A stretch of DNA of 64,000 nucleotides from Labedaea sp. Lineage in GTDB: Bacteria; Actinomycetota; Actinomycetes; Mycobacteriales; Pseudonocardiaceae. The stretch spans positions 2,656 through 66,655 of the forward strand of contig JBJMIG010000059.1 of the NCBI GenBank assembly GCA_045806965.1, written 5' to 3'. Below are positions 18,989-29,805 of the stretch, piece by piece; within the stretch, counting starts at the first letter, position 1, and each line of letters begins with the position of its first letter. The notes beneath the pieces are model-generated. The model was not told the origin of the DNA and did not search any database. It saw only the letters and a program-made list of their open reading frames with translations. The position numbers and the translations under genes are program-made.

Positions 18989-19726
18989 TCAGCCGCCGAC
19001 GAGTCCGATGACGAAGGTGGACGCGGCGTTCTGGTAGCGGTTGAGGTACGTCAGGTGCACGTTGACGCTGTTCCCGCTGTCGCAGAAGGTGTCGTTGCTG
19101 TCGCACCAGGCGTGGATCCGGTTGGCGAAGCCGGCGAGCACGCCGAGTTGCGTGTTGCTGCGCGGGAACAGGCCGTTGCGGCGCGAGGTGCCGAGGTCGA
19201 ACGCCTGGTTCACGACGTGCCTCGGGTCACCGAAGGTCGCCACGGCGGTGACATGGCTGGCGACCGCCGAGGAGATCGGTGGGGTGGTGGCGCCGAGGGA
19301 TCCGCCACCACCCCCGCCGAGCACGTCGAGCACGACGTGCGCCCCCTGGGAATACCCGGCCAGCACGATCTTTTGGCTGGGGCAGGCATTCACCTGGTTG
19401 GTCAGCTGGGTCTTCAAGGCTGACACACCCTGTGCGGAGCTGTTGGCGTAGTTGTTCAGGGTGGCCGGGTAGTTCACCGAGGCCCGGCTCACGGTTTGCC
19501 TGCTGTCGTTGACGATCTGGGTGACCAGCGCGCCGGTGACGCCCTCACCCGGCGCCTCGGTCGAGGCCCGCGCGGTGATGACGTGTACCGCCGCGCAACC
19601 GGTGCCCGGCGCGGGAATCGCGCTGGCCGGACTGGTCACGACGGCGGTCAGGGCCAGGCCGGTCGCGCCGGCGGCGAGCAGGGTGGCCAGCCGGCGCCGG
19701 CTCGGGGTGCGAGGTGTGGTTTCCAC
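18989..19726 (-). CDS. secreted cutinase-family hydrolase
   Basis: GTG 19726 after GGAG. Arg-rich signal (SRRRLATLLAAG). Cutinase nucleophile motif GYSQGA and conserved Cys pairs. Confidence 0.8.
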   Translation of the reverse strand: METTPRTPSRRRLATLLAAGATGLALTAVVTSPASAIPAPGTGCAAVHVITARASTEAPGEGVTGALVTQIVNDSRQTVSRASVNYPATLNNYANSSAQGVSALKTQLTNQVNACPSQKIVLAGYSQGAHVVLDVLGGGGGGSLGATTPPISSAVASHVTAVATFGDPRHVVNQAFDLGTSRRNGLFPRSNTQLGVLAGFANRIHAWCDSNDTFCDSGNSVNVHLTYLNRYQNAASTFVIGLVGG

Positions 19727-19845
19727 AGGGGTACTCCGGTGTGTCCGGGCAGCGTGGGCGCGACACCTCCATGCCGGCCAGCTGCGGCCAGTTTCTCGGG
19801 CACCTTCCTGTTTAGTGCAACGATTTCCGCCTGGCATCGGCGAAA

Positions 19846-20328
19846 TTACTGGTCGGTTAACCGAAATTGCAGCTCGGTCTCCCATTTGGACATATCGGGC
19901 TGAATGGCCGGATCGGTCAGATACACCTCAAGCCGGCAGCCCCAATGATTTCCGGACCGGTCCCACACCAGGCCCCGCTCCGCCGCCCAGCCGAGCAGCG
20001 CGGCCGTCGCGTCGCGCAACCCGTCCGGATGCCCGTGGTGCGTGACGGTCACGTACCGCCCGCCCGGCAGCGTCCCGGCGATCAGCTCGCCGGATACCTC
20101 GACCGGCACCTCCACCGGCACCCCGACCTCGAGTTCGAGCTCGGCCGCCATGTCGATCACGTTGTACCGGAAGAACGGCGCGCCGGCCGGTTCGATCCCG
20201 CGCGCCCCCAGCCAGCCGAACACGTCGGGCAGCCGATCGGCGATCCTGCCGATGGTCCGCATGGTGACGGTTCCGGGCAGCGACACGTAGCCCCGGTCGG
20301 GCAACTCCACAATGGTCGGTTCGGTCAT
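19846..20328 (-). CDS. GyrI-like small-molecule-binding domain protein
   Basis: 160 aa with two-lobed GyrI-like/effector-binding pattern (GRYVTVTHHGHPDGL ... EVYLTDP). Confidence 0.7.
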   Translation of the reverse strand: MTEPTIVELPDRGYVSLPGTVTMRTIGRIADRLPDVFGWLGARGIEPAGAPFFRYNVIDMAAELELEVGVPVEVPVEVSGELIAGTLPGGRYVTVTHHGHPDGLRDATAALLGWAAERGLVWDRSGNHWGCRLEVYLTDPAIQPDMSKWETELQFRLTDQ

Positions 20329-20362
20329 GCGTCCAGCTGTAGGGCCGGCCCCTGGGTCAGAG

Positions 20363-21874
20363 TCAAGTTCGCTTGCCGTGCAGCAAGGTGATGAGCTTGG
20401 CCACCCGCGCGTCGGTCTTCGGCGTGCGGGAGAACGTGGTCAGCGTCATCATCGGCTTGAACCGTTGGCGCGCAATGGCTTTCGCGCGGGTGAACTCCTT
20501 GAGCCCCTCCGGGCCGTGGATCCGGCCGAACCCGGACTCGCCGACGCCGCCGAACGGCAGGCTCGGGATGCCCGCGAAGCTGATCACCGAGTTGACCGAG
20601 GTCATGCCGGACCGCAGCCGCCGGGCCAACTCCATCCCGCGCCGCTTGGAGAACACGGTCGCGGCCAGGCCGTACCTGGTGGCGTTGGCCTTGGTGACGG
20701 CCTCCTCCATGTCGGCCACCTTGGCGATGGTCAGCGTGGGCCCGAACGTCTCCTCGGTCACCGCGACGGAGTCCTCCGGCACGTCGACCAGCACGGTCGG
20801 CTGGACGAACCGGTCACCGACCGCGTCCGCGCCGCCGACCAGCGCCCGGCCGCCCCTGGCCAGCGCGTCGGCGATGTGCCGGCGGATCACCTGGAGCTGC
20901 CCAGGCATGGTGATCGGGCCGATCTGCGCGGCCTCGTCGGACCCGGCCCGCACCTGCTTGGAGATCGCCACCACCTTGTCCACGAACGAGTCGTAGACCT
21001 GTTCGTGCACGTAGACCCGCTCGACCCCGACGCAGGTCTGCCCGGCGTTGGACATGCCGCCCCAGACCGCGGCATCCGCCGCCGCGTCGAGATCGGCGTC
21101 CGCGTCCACCAGCAGCGCGTCCTTGCCGCCGGCCTCGATCAGCACCGGTGTCAGCGTCTCCGCGCAGGCCGCCATGATCTTGCGTCCGGTGCCCGGCGAG
21201 CCGGTGAACGCCAGCTTGTCCACACCCGCGCGGCACAGCGCCGCGCCGGTCTCGCCGAAGCCGGTGAGCAGTTGGAACACGGGCTGCTCCGGCACGATGT
21301 CGGCGAAGCTGTCCACCAGCCACCTGCCGACGCCCGGAGTGTATTCGCTCGGCTTGAACACCACGGCGTTGCCGGCGGCCAGCGCGTACACGATCGAGCC
21401 CATCGGGGTGAACACCGGATAGTTCCACGGCCCGATCACGCCGATCACGCCGAGCGGCTGGTACTCGACCGTGGCCGCCTGGTTGGACATCAGCAGGCCG
21501 GCGGAGCGCTTCTGCGGGCCGAGCACCTTGCTCGCGTGCTTGGCGGCCCACGCGGTGTGGTCGATGGCCAGCACGATCTCCAGCATCGCGTCGCCGTGCG
21601 GCTTGCCGGTCTCCGCGTGCACCACCTCGGCCAGCTGGCCGGCCCGGCGGGTGATCATGCCCTTCCACCGGCGCAGCCGCTCGGCCCGGCCGGCGAAGCC
21701 GAGGCCCTGCCACCAGGCAGCGGCCTCGTGGGCCCGCGCGACGGCGGCGGCGACCTCGTCGGCGGTGTTGACCGGGTGGGTGCCGACCACCTCGTCGGTG
21801 GCCGGGTTGAGCGAGTCGAACGTGCTCCGGGCGGCCTCGTCGGCACCCGCGGGCTTGGTCTGCACGCTGGTCAT
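20363..21874 (-). CDS. NAD(P)-dependent aldehyde dehydrogenase
   Basis: Start at ATG 21874 (MTSVQTK...). ALDH motifs FTGSPGTGRKIM, EAGGKD, catalytic Cys in NAGQTCVGVERV. Confidence 0.9.
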   Translation of the reverse strand: MTSVQTKPAGADEAARSTFDSLNPATDEVVGTHPVNTADEVAAAVARAHEAAAWWQGLGFAGRAERLRRWKGMITRRAGQLAEVVHAETGKPHGDAMLEIVLAIDHTAWAAKHASKVLGPQKRSAGLLMSNQAATVEYQPLGVIGVIGPWNYPVFTPMGSIVYALAAGNAVVFKPSEYTPGVGRWLVDSFADIVPEQPVFQLLTGFGETGAALCRAGVDKLAFTGSPGTGRKIMAACAETLTPVLIEAGGKDALLVDADADLDAAADAAVWGGMSNAGQTCVGVERVYVHEQVYDSFVDKVVAISKQVRAGSDEAAQIGPITMPGQLQVIRRHIADALARGGRALVGGADAVGDRFVQPTVLVDVPEDSVAVTEETFGPTLTIAKVADMEEAVTKANATRYGLAATVFSKRRGMELARRLRSGMTSVNSVISFAGIPSLPFGGVGESGFGRIHGPEGLKEFTRAKAIARQRFKPMMTLTTFSRTPKTDARVAKLITLLHGKRT

Positions 21875-21923
21875 GCGCGCCACGTTACTCCGGAGTAGCC
21901 GGTCTAGGCGATAGCCTGACCGC

Positions 21924-22580
21924 GTGACCAACCAGCTACAAGTAGTCCACTATGGACACTCATGCGTACTGATCGACACCGGTTCGGCGCGCCTGCTGTT
22001 CGACCCGGGCACGTTATCGCACGGTTTCGAGGAACTGCGTGACCTGGACGCCATCCTGATCACCCACCAGCACGTCGACCACCTGGACACCGAGCGGCTG
22101 CCCGCGCTGGCCGAGGCCAACCCGGGGGCCACGCTGGTGGCCGACCCCGGCTCGGTCGAGCAGGAGATCGCCAAGCTGTCGCTCACCGTGACCACGGCCC
22201 GGCCCGGTGACGCGCTGGACCTCGGCGGCGCCTCGGTCAATGTGGTCGGCGGCGAGCACGCGGTGATCCACCACGACTATCCGGTGCCGCCGAACGTCGG
22301 CTACGTGGTCGACCACGGCGCGTTCTACCACCCCGGTGACTCGCTGTTCGTGCCCGAGCAGCGGATCGACGTGCTCGGCGTGCCGGCCGCGGCGCCCTGG
22401 CTCAAGACCGGCGAGGCGGTGGACTTCCAGCGGGCGGTCGGGCCTCGGGTCTCCGTGCTGATTCACGACGCGATGCTGTCCGACCTCGGCAAGGAGGGCA
22501 CGGCGGGCTGGCTCACCCGGCTGGCGCCGGAGGGCACCGAGGTGCACCGGCTCACGCCGCGCGAGCCTGTGGCGCTCTGA
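21924..22580 (+). CDS. MBL-fold metallo-hydrolase
   Basis: HxHxDH motif (ITHQHVDHLD), 218 aa. Confidence 0.8.
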   Translation: MTNQLQVVHYGHSCVLIDTGSARLLFDPGTLSHGFEELRDLDAILITHQHVDHLDTERLPALAEANPGATLVADPGSVEQEIAKLSLTVTTARPGDALDLGGASVNVVGGEHAVIHHDYPVPPNVGYVVDHGAFYHPGDSLFVPEQRIDVLGVPAAAPWLKTGEAVDFQRAVGPRVSVLIHDAMLSDLGKEGTAGWLTRLAPEGTEVHRLTPREPVAL

Positions 22581-23250
22581 TCAGGTCGGGATAGGTGGCC
22601 GGGCGGGCGCCGTGGTGCAGTGCGAGGTCCACGGCGTCCAGCACGGCCCGGCGCGGCCCGGACCGGTCCAGGACGGCCGCGTCCACGGCGATCCGGACCA
22701 GCCCGCCGCGGCGGGCCTGCCGGCCGGCGCCGAGCACCAGGGCGTAGCACCACCATGGCTCGGCCAACTCGCCAGGCCCGATGCCCTGCACCCGTCCCTT
22801 GTGGACGGTCCCGGTGCCGAGGTCGCGGACACCGGTGAGGTCGGCGCAGAGCGCGAAGCCGGTGCGCCGCAACGCGGTCAGCCCGCCGGGCGAGATCAGC
22901 CAGCGGGGCGGGGCGAAGGCGTCGGTGACCAGTCCGAGCCGGCCGAGGGCCAGGATCGCGGCGGCCAGGCGCAGGCCCGCCTCGTGCGCGGGGAGGGTGG
23001 CGAACTCGGCGCGCCGGCCGAGCGCGACCGGCCGGGAGCGGGGGCCGGCGGCGTGGTCGAAGCCGTGCAGCAGCAGCGCGTCGCCGGCCGCGCGGCGGGC
23101 CCGGATCCAGGCGAGCGCGCCGGAGCGGCGCGGCGCGAACAGCAGCGAGAGCGGGACGCCGCGCCGGTCCAGCTCGGTGGTCAACTCGGCGCAGCGGTCA
23201 AGGGTCTGGTCGGTGATGCCGTGGAGCGACACCACCAGGCGTGCGGCCAT
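22552..23250 (-). CDS. DUF2334-like polysaccharide-deacetylase-fold protein
   Basis: VVSLHGITDQT...LLLHGFDH pattern resembles DUF2334. Its 3' end overlaps the convergent MBL gene by 29 nt. Confidence 0.55.
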   Translation of the reverse strand: MAARLVVSLHGITDQTLDRCAELTTELDRRGVPLSLLFAPRRSGALAWIRARRAAGDALLLHGFDHAAGPRSRPVALGRRAEFATLPAHEAGLRLAAAILALGRLGLVTDAFAPPRWLISPGGLTALRRTGFALCADLTGVRDLGTGTVHKGRVQGIGPGELAEPWWCYALVLGAGRQARRGGLVRIAVDAAVLDRSGPRRAVLDAVDLALHHGARPATYPDLIRAPQARAA

Positions 23251-23307
23251 GCCCCATTAGCTCAGATTCCGACAAAGGCCCGGTCAACGCGAGGTGACGG
23301 GCCGGAA

Positions 23308-23576
23308 TCAACCCAGCGAAATCAGAAAGGCCCGCCACCCCGAGCGGTCGATGGACAGTTCGCCGACGGTGGGATTCTTCGAGTCCCGAACCCCCACCCG
23401 CTGGGCACCACCCCGGCCCACCTCGACACAGTTGGTGTTCTCGCCGCTGAAACTGCTCTTGTGCCAACCGACTTCGACGCAGTCGGTGTTGCTGTCGCTC
23501 AAACTGCTCTTGTGCCAGGCGATCTCGACACAGTTGGTGTTGCTGTCGCTGAAGCTGCTCTTCCGCCAGGTGGTCA
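23308..23576 (-). CDS. DUF397 domain protein with a triplicated N-terminal motif
   Basis: GTG 23576 after GAAGGAAGGGG. Three tandem copies of W[RH]KSS[FL]S..NT[ND]CVE[IV] followed by VRDSKNPTVGELSIDRSGWRAF. Lies downstream of an XRE gene, as is usual for this family. Confidence 0.75.
23417..23569. repeat. 3 x 51-bp in-frame tandem repeat inside the DUF397 gene
   Basis: Units 23417-23467, 23468-23518 and 23519-23569. Each encodes one W[RH]KSS[FL]S..NT[ND]CVE[IV][AG] motif. Confidence 0.85.
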
Positions 23577-23599
23577 CGGCCGGAACCCCTTCCTTCGGG

Positions 23600-24460
23600 T
23601 CACACCAGGCCGGCCGCGATCGTGCGCAGCACCTCGGCCGAGCGATCCGGAGCGTGTGCGACCGACAGCAGGCCGTCCCAGGCCAGCTTATAGGCCTGGA
23701 CATCCCCTGGGGCGTCCAGATACAGGCTGGCCACCTTGTTCTCCAGATGGACGATGCTCGGCAGCCGGGCATAGTCCATCACCACGAACGGACCGTTCAT
23801 CCCGGAATGTGCGCCGACCTCGCGAGGAATCAGCCGGATCGTGATGCCGCGCCGGCCCGCCGACTCGATCAGATACCCGATCTGCTCCCGCATGACGTCG
23901 GAGCCGCCGACCCGCTGGTGCAGCGCCGCCTCGTGCAACACCACGTCGAGGCGCGGCGACCGGGGCTGCCGCAGCAATGCCTGCCGGCTGATTCGTGCCG
24001 CAACCCGGTCGTCCACGACCTGTTCGGACAGGCTCAGATCGGCGGCCTGGATGACCGCTCTGGCGTAGGGGAAGGTCTGTAGCAGGCCGGGGACCAGCAG
24101 CGGCTCGTAGTTGTAGAGCACGGTGGCGTCCTGCTCGAAGCCGATCCACTTCTCCAGGTCCTCGTGTACCTGCAACTGGCCCCGGTCCAGGAAGCCCGGC
24201 TTCAGCGCCTCCCCGTGCAGTTCCATCATGGCCGCCCGGACCGACCGGGACGCGCCGTAGATGGTCAGCAACGAGGCCAGGTCGTCCCGGCTGATTCCGC
24301 GCTTGCCCGACTCGGCCCGGGAGATCGTGCTCGGCGACACCCCGATCCGCTTCGCCACCTGCGACATGGTCAGCCCGGCGTCCACCCGCAACCGGCTCAG
24401 CACCATGCACAGGCGGCGGGTCCGCACGGTGTGGCTCGTCCTGTCCTTCACCCGTGCCAC
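23600..24460 (-). CDS. XRE-family HTH regulator (WhiJ/AbaA-like, DUF5753 C-terminal domain)
   Basis: HTH LTMSQVAKRIGVSPSTISRAESGKR. Start uncertain (GTG 24460 or 24451). The track start at 24544 is probably over-extended. Confidence 0.8.
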   Translation of the reverse strand: MARVKDRTSHTVRTRRLCMVLSRLRVDAGLTMSQVAKRIGVSPSTISRAESGKRGISRDDLASLLTIYGASRSVRAAMMELHGEALKPGFLDRGQLQVHEDLEKWIGFEQDATVLYNYEPLLVPGLLQTFPYARAVIQAADLSLSEQVVDDRVAARISRQALLRQPRSPRLDVVLHEAALHQRVGGSDVMREQIGYLIESAGRRGITIRLIPREVGAHSGMNGPFVVMDYARLPSIVHLENKVASLYLDAPGDVQAYKLAWDGLLSVAHAPDRSAEVLRTIAAGLV

Positions 24461-24690
24461 CCTGTCCGGCCCGGCCGAACCGCGCCATCGACCGACGGGG
24501 GACGGCCGTGCCACCCCGGCACAGCTCACCGTGCGCGACCACACCCGGCCGGCCGACCCGGCCGGCCGGCTGGCACGCGCTGCCAGCGAACGTCACCCGA
24601 ATGGAGTCACTTTCCGGCGGCGCGTCCCGACCGGCCTCGATCGCCGTCATCCTCAGATACCGAACCACCCTGCGCCCCCGGAGGACACCC

Positions 24691-26076
<1,386 letters not shown>

Positions 26077-26085
26077 TTTCGACGG

Positions 26086-26889
26086 GTGAGCTACGGCTGG
26101 ATCTCGTTCACCACCGACTACGGCCTCGAGGACGGGTTCGTCGGCGCGTGCGTCGGGGTGATCGCCAGGATCGCCCCGGCGGCGCGGCTCATCCAGGTGA
26201 CCCACGCGGTGGCCCCGCACGACATCCGACACGGGGCCACCGTGCTCGCCCAGACCGTGCCGTACCTGCCGCCAGCGGTACACCTCGCGGTGGTCGACCC
26301 GGGCGTCGGCACCAGCCGCCGGCCGGTGGTCGTGGTGGCCCCGGACGCGCTACTGGTCGGGCCGGACAACGGCCTGTTGCTCCCCGCCGCCGAGGCGCTC
26401 GGCGGCGTCCTGTCCGCCTACGAACTGACCGAGCCGCGCTACCGGCTGCCCGCCGTCTCGGCCACCTTCCACGGCCGGGACATCTTCGCCCCGGCGGCCG
26501 CGCACCTGGCCGCCGGAGTGCTCCCGCACCGCCTCGGCCCGCCGGTCCATCCGGGTACGCTTGCCCGGCTCAAACCACCGAAAACCGTTGCGTCGCATGG
26601 GAAGCTGAGTACCGAGGTGCTCGGCGTCGATCGCTTCGGCAACGTCCAGCTCGCCGCGGCCGGGTCCGACCTGGACGGCCTCGCCCACACCAGGGCGGTG
26701 CACGTGCGCGCCGGTTACCGCGACGCCGCGGCCATCCTGGGCCGGACCTTCGCCGACGCCCCGGCCGGGATCATGGTGGTGCTCGTCGACTCCGCCGGGC
26801 ACGTCGCGCTGGCCGTCAACGGCGGCTCGGCCGCGGCCGAACTGCGTTGTGCCGCAGGGGATTCCATCGTGCTCACAACCACTCGTTGA
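26086..26889 (+). CDS. SAM hydroxide adenosyltransferase / SAM hydrolase (DUF62, chlorinase-fluorinase superfamily)
   Basis: ISFTTDYGLEDGFVGACVGV N-terminus and VVDPGVGT, FHGRDIFAPAAA motifs. Confidence 0.8.
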   Translation: MSYGWISFTTDYGLEDGFVGACVGVIARIAPAARLIQVTHAVAPHDIRHGATVLAQTVPYLPPAVHLAVVDPGVGTSRRPVVVVAPDALLVGPDNGLLLPAAEALGGVLSAYELTEPRYRLPAVSATFHGRDIFAPAAAHLAAGVLPHRLGPPVHPGTLARLKPPKTVASHGKLSTEVLGVDRFGNVQLAAAGSDLDGLAHTRAVHVRAGYRDAAAILGRTFADAPAGIMVVLVDSAGHVALAVNGGSAAAELRCAAGDSIVLTTTR

Positions 26890-27688
26890 CGACCACCTGG
26901 TCGCCGACGAAGAGCTGGCCGGTGCCGAGTACGGCGGCCTTCATGCCGAAGCTGACGCCGCCGTCCGGCTCGCGGCGGTAGTCGGCAAGCGTGCGCAGCG
27001 GTTCCGGGCCGGCGCGGTGCCCGGCGAGCTGGTCGACCGTGGTGACCACACAGCGAATGTCCCGCTTGCCGTAAGCGATCCGCGCCGTGCCGATGGTCAT
27101 CGAGCGCACCCGGTCCTCGGTATGCGGCTCCGGCCAGCCGGTGACCACGATGTTCGGCCGGAACCGGTTCATCGGCACCGGATCCGCGCCCTTCTCGAGC
27201 AGCCGTGCGTTCAGTCCGTCTAAAGAGGACAGTGAGGTGACGAGCAGCGCGGTCGAGTCGGAGTACCTGATCTGGCCGGGTTCCGCCCCGCTGCCCTCCC
27301 GGATCAGCCCGTCCGGTGCGCGCATCAGCCGAACCGACATACCGAGCACCTCGGAGATCCAGCCGGCCGCGTCGTCGCCCTGGTCGATCCCGACACCGTC
27401 CCACTTGTGCACGGTCACCGGGCGCTCCGGGCCATCCGGACGGACGTCGAGCACCACGTCCCCCACGCCGGGCGCGGCCAGTGCCAGCTTCGTTCCCTGG
27501 TGCAGCACGTGCGCCCGGATGACGGCCAGCCGGGGCACCCGGCGCTGGCTCAGGAACAGGCCGTCCGGGTGGACCACCAGGAAGCTCCGGTCGTGCGTCA
27601 ATCCCGTCCGGGTGACGTCGGACCGGTCGACGGATACCCCCGCGCATCCCTTGATCGGGTAGTAGGTCAGCGCGGAGACGGTCGCCAT
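26873..27688 (-). CDS. MOSC domain-containing protein
   Basis: MOSC_N plus MOSC pattern (LTYYPIKGCAG ... RFRPNIVV ... CVVTTVDQ). Confidence 0.85.
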   Translation of the reverse strand: MATVSALTYYPIKGCAGVSVDRSDVTRTGLTHDRSFLVVHPDGLFLSQRRVPRLAVIRAHVLHQGTKLALAAPGVGDVVLDVRPDGPERPVTVHKWDGVGIDQGDDAAGWISEVLGMSVRLMRAPDGLIREGSGAEPGQIRYSDSTALLVTSLSSLDGLNARLLEKGADPVPMNRFRPNIVVTGWPEPHTEDRVRSMTIGTARIAYGKRDIRCVVTTVDQLAGHRAGPEPLRTLADYRREPDGGVSFGMKAAVLGTGQLFVGDQVVVNEWL

Positions 27689-27707
27689 ACCGTCAAACTA
27701 CCTGCGA

Positions 27708-29132
27708 CTACAGGATCGGCGCCGGTGAATATCCGGCTTCCTCGCCGAACCGCGCCAGCACGTCGAACACCCGTTTCACCACGGCAGCCACCTGCTCGCC
27801 GGCCACCCCGGTGAAGCGGAGCCGGTCCGCCAGCAGCTCGTCAAGCTGGCCCCGGTCCAGCGGTATCCGCTGGTCAGCGGCCAACCGGTCGAGCAGGTCG
27901 TTGTGCTCGGCGCCCTCCTCGCGCATGGCCAGCGCCACCCCGACGGCGTGCTCCTTGATCGCCTCGTGCGCGCTCTCCCGGCCCACCCCGGCCCGGACCG
28001 CCGCGATCAGCACCTTCGTCGTGGCCAGGAACGGCAGGTAGCGGTCCAGCTCCCGGGCGATGACCGCGGGGTAGGCGCCGAACCCGTCGAGCACCGTGAG
28101 GAAGGTCTCGAACAGACCATCCAACGCGAAGAACGCGTCCGGCAGCGCCACCCGGCGCACCACCGAGCAGGACACGTCGCCCTCGTTCCACTGGTCCCCG
28201 GCCAGCTCGCCGACCATCGACAGATAGCCGCGCAGCACCACGGCCAGGCCGTTGACCCGCTCGCAGGACCGGGAGTTCATCTTGTGCGGCATGGCCGACG
28301 AGCCAACCTGGCCGGGCCGGAACCCCTCGGTGGCCAGCTCGTGCCCGGCCATCAGCCGGATCGTGGTGGCCAGGCTTGCCGGCGCCGCGGCCAACTGGAC
28401 CAGGGCGGAGAGCACGTCGAAGTCGAGCGAGCGCGGGTACACCTGGCCGACGCTGGTGAGCACCCGCTGGAAACCCAAGTGGGCGGCCACCTTCTGCTCC
28501 AACTCGTCTACAGTGGACGAGTCGCCGAGCAGGTCGAGCATGTCCTGCGCGGTGCCGACCGGACCCTTGAGGCCGCGCAGCGGATACCGGTCGATCAGGT
28601 TCTCCAGCCGCTCGAACGCCACCAACAGCTCCTCGGCCGCGCTGGCGAACCGCTTGCCAAGCGTGGTCGCCTGCGCCGGCACGTTGTGCGACCGCCCGGC
28701 CAGCACCAGGTCGGCGTGCTCGGCGGCCAGCCGGGCCAGCCGGGCCAGCGTCGCCGCCACCCGGCCGCGCACCAGCTCAAGCGAGCGGCGCACCTGCAAC
28801 TGCTCGACGTTCTCGGTGAGGTCCCTGGACGTCATGCCCTTGTGGATGTGCTCGTGCCCGGCCAGCGCGTTGAACTCCTCGATCCGCGCCTTCACGTCGT
28901 GCAGGTTCACCCGCTCCCGGGCCGCGATCGACGCCAGGTCAACGGATTCCAGCACCCGCTGGTAGTCGGCGATGACCTCGTCCGGTACGTCCACGCCGAG
29001 CTCGGCCTGGGCGCGGAGCACGGCCAGCCAGAGTTGCCGCTCCAGCACCACCTTGTGCTCCGCCGCCCACAGGCCGGCCAGCTCGGCGGAGGCGTAGCGG
29101 CTGGCCAGAACGTTGTCGATGCGCGCCTTCAC
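27708..29132 (-). CDS. purB: adenylosuccinate lyase
   Basis: 474 aa, fumarate-lyase superfamily signature GSSAMPHKMNSRSCE. N-terminus SRYASAELAGLW is typical of PurB. Confidence 0.9.
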   Translation of the reverse strand: MKARIDNVLASRYASAELAGLWAAEHKVVLERQLWLAVLRAQAELGVDVPDEVIADYQRVLESVDLASIAARERVNLHDVKARIEEFNALAGHEHIHKGMTSRDLTENVEQLQVRRSLELVRGRVAATLARLARLAAEHADLVLAGRSHNVPAQATTLGKRFASAAEELLVAFERLENLIDRYPLRGLKGPVGTAQDMLDLLGDSSTVDELEQKVAAHLGFQRVLTSVGQVYPRSLDFDVLSALVQLAAAPASLATTIRLMAGHELATEGFRPGQVGSSAMPHKMNSRSCERVNGLAVVLRGYLSMVGELAGDQWNEGDVSCSVVRRVALPDAFFALDGLFETFLTVLDGFGAYPAVIARELDRYLPFLATTKVLIAAVRAGVGRESAHEAIKEHAVGVALAMREEGAEHNDLLDRLAADQRIPLDRGQLDELLADRLRFTGVAGEQVAAVVKRVFDVLARFGEEAGYSPAPIL

Positions 29133-29205
29133 TCCGCCGAGCCTAGCCGTCAGAAGGTCGGCCGACCGGCCGTCGCGACCGCGGTCAAGTTCGCCGCAGG
29201 CGAGT

Positions 29206-29805
29206 TCAGGATTGCACCGGGCGGGCGGACAGCGCCTCGCGCAGCATGTCGCGGGCCGCCTGCCGCGGGTCCGGGTCCACCTCGATCAGCGCGTTCACCA
29301 CGGCGCCGTCCACCAGCGAGATCAGCTGCTCGAGCCGGCGGTCGTCCATCTTGTCCCCGGAGCGGATGAAGATCTCCTTGAGCAGCCCGCGCAGCTCGAC
29401 GCCGAGCTTGCGGCTCAGCGGCCGTAGGTAGGGCCGGCGCGGGGTGGCCACCAGCCGCTCGTAGCGACCGAGGATGGACTCCGCGTCGTTGGCCGACTCG
29501 GCGCCGAGCAGCATGTCCAGCACCAGTTCGACCTGGGTGTCCGGGCCGCGCGGTGCGGTGTCCAGCTCGGCCAGCCGCTCCCGGCCCCTGGCCAGCTCGA
29601 TCCGGCCGCGCAGCTCCACCGCGGCGGTCACCAGCTCGTCGAGGGACTCGAAGTAGTAGGTCGTCGAGGCCAGCGGGAGCCCGGCTCGCTCGGCCACCGC
29701 CCGATGCCGCACCGCCTCGAAGCCGCCTTCCATCAGCAGCGCGGCGGCCGCCTCGACCAGCGCCTGCCGGCGTCTCTCGCCCTTCGGCGTACTTCCGCTG
29801 GTCAT
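29206..29805 (-). CDS. TetR-family transcriptional regulator
   Basis: N-terminal TetR HTH (FEAVRHRAVAERAGLPLASTTYYF). ATG overlaps the stop of the upstream gene (ATGA). Confidence 0.85.
   Translation of the reverse strand: MTSGSTPKGERRRQALVEAAAALLMEGGFEAVRHRAVAERAGLPLASTTYYFESLDELVTAAVELRGRIELARGRERLAELDTAPRGPDTQVELVLDMLLGAESANDAESILGRYERLVATPRRPYLRPLSRKLGVELRGLLKEIFIRSGDKMDDRRLEQLISLVDGAVVNALIEVDPDPRQAARDMLREALSARPVQS

Noticed and set aside
19853-19864. 12-bp perfect palindrome TCGGTTAACCGA flanked by a CGAAATT direct repeat
   Set aside because: It lies within the last codons of the GyrI-like gene and forms only a weak AT-containing stem. I could not support it as a terminator or operator.
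26086-26889. DUF62 enzyme as a halogenase (fluorinase/chlorinase) marking a natural-product locus
   Set aside because: The neighbours (S8 protease, MOSC protein, purB) are unrelated to halometabolite biosynthesis. Most family members are SAM hydrolases. There is no sequence-level reason here to call it a halogenase.
27708-29132. Possibility that this fumarate-lyase-superfamily gene is the missing pcaB
   Set aside because: Its length (474 aa), its N-terminal SRYASAELAGLW motif and its position among pur genes fit adenylosuccinate lyase. It lies 18 kb from the pca operon on the other strand.
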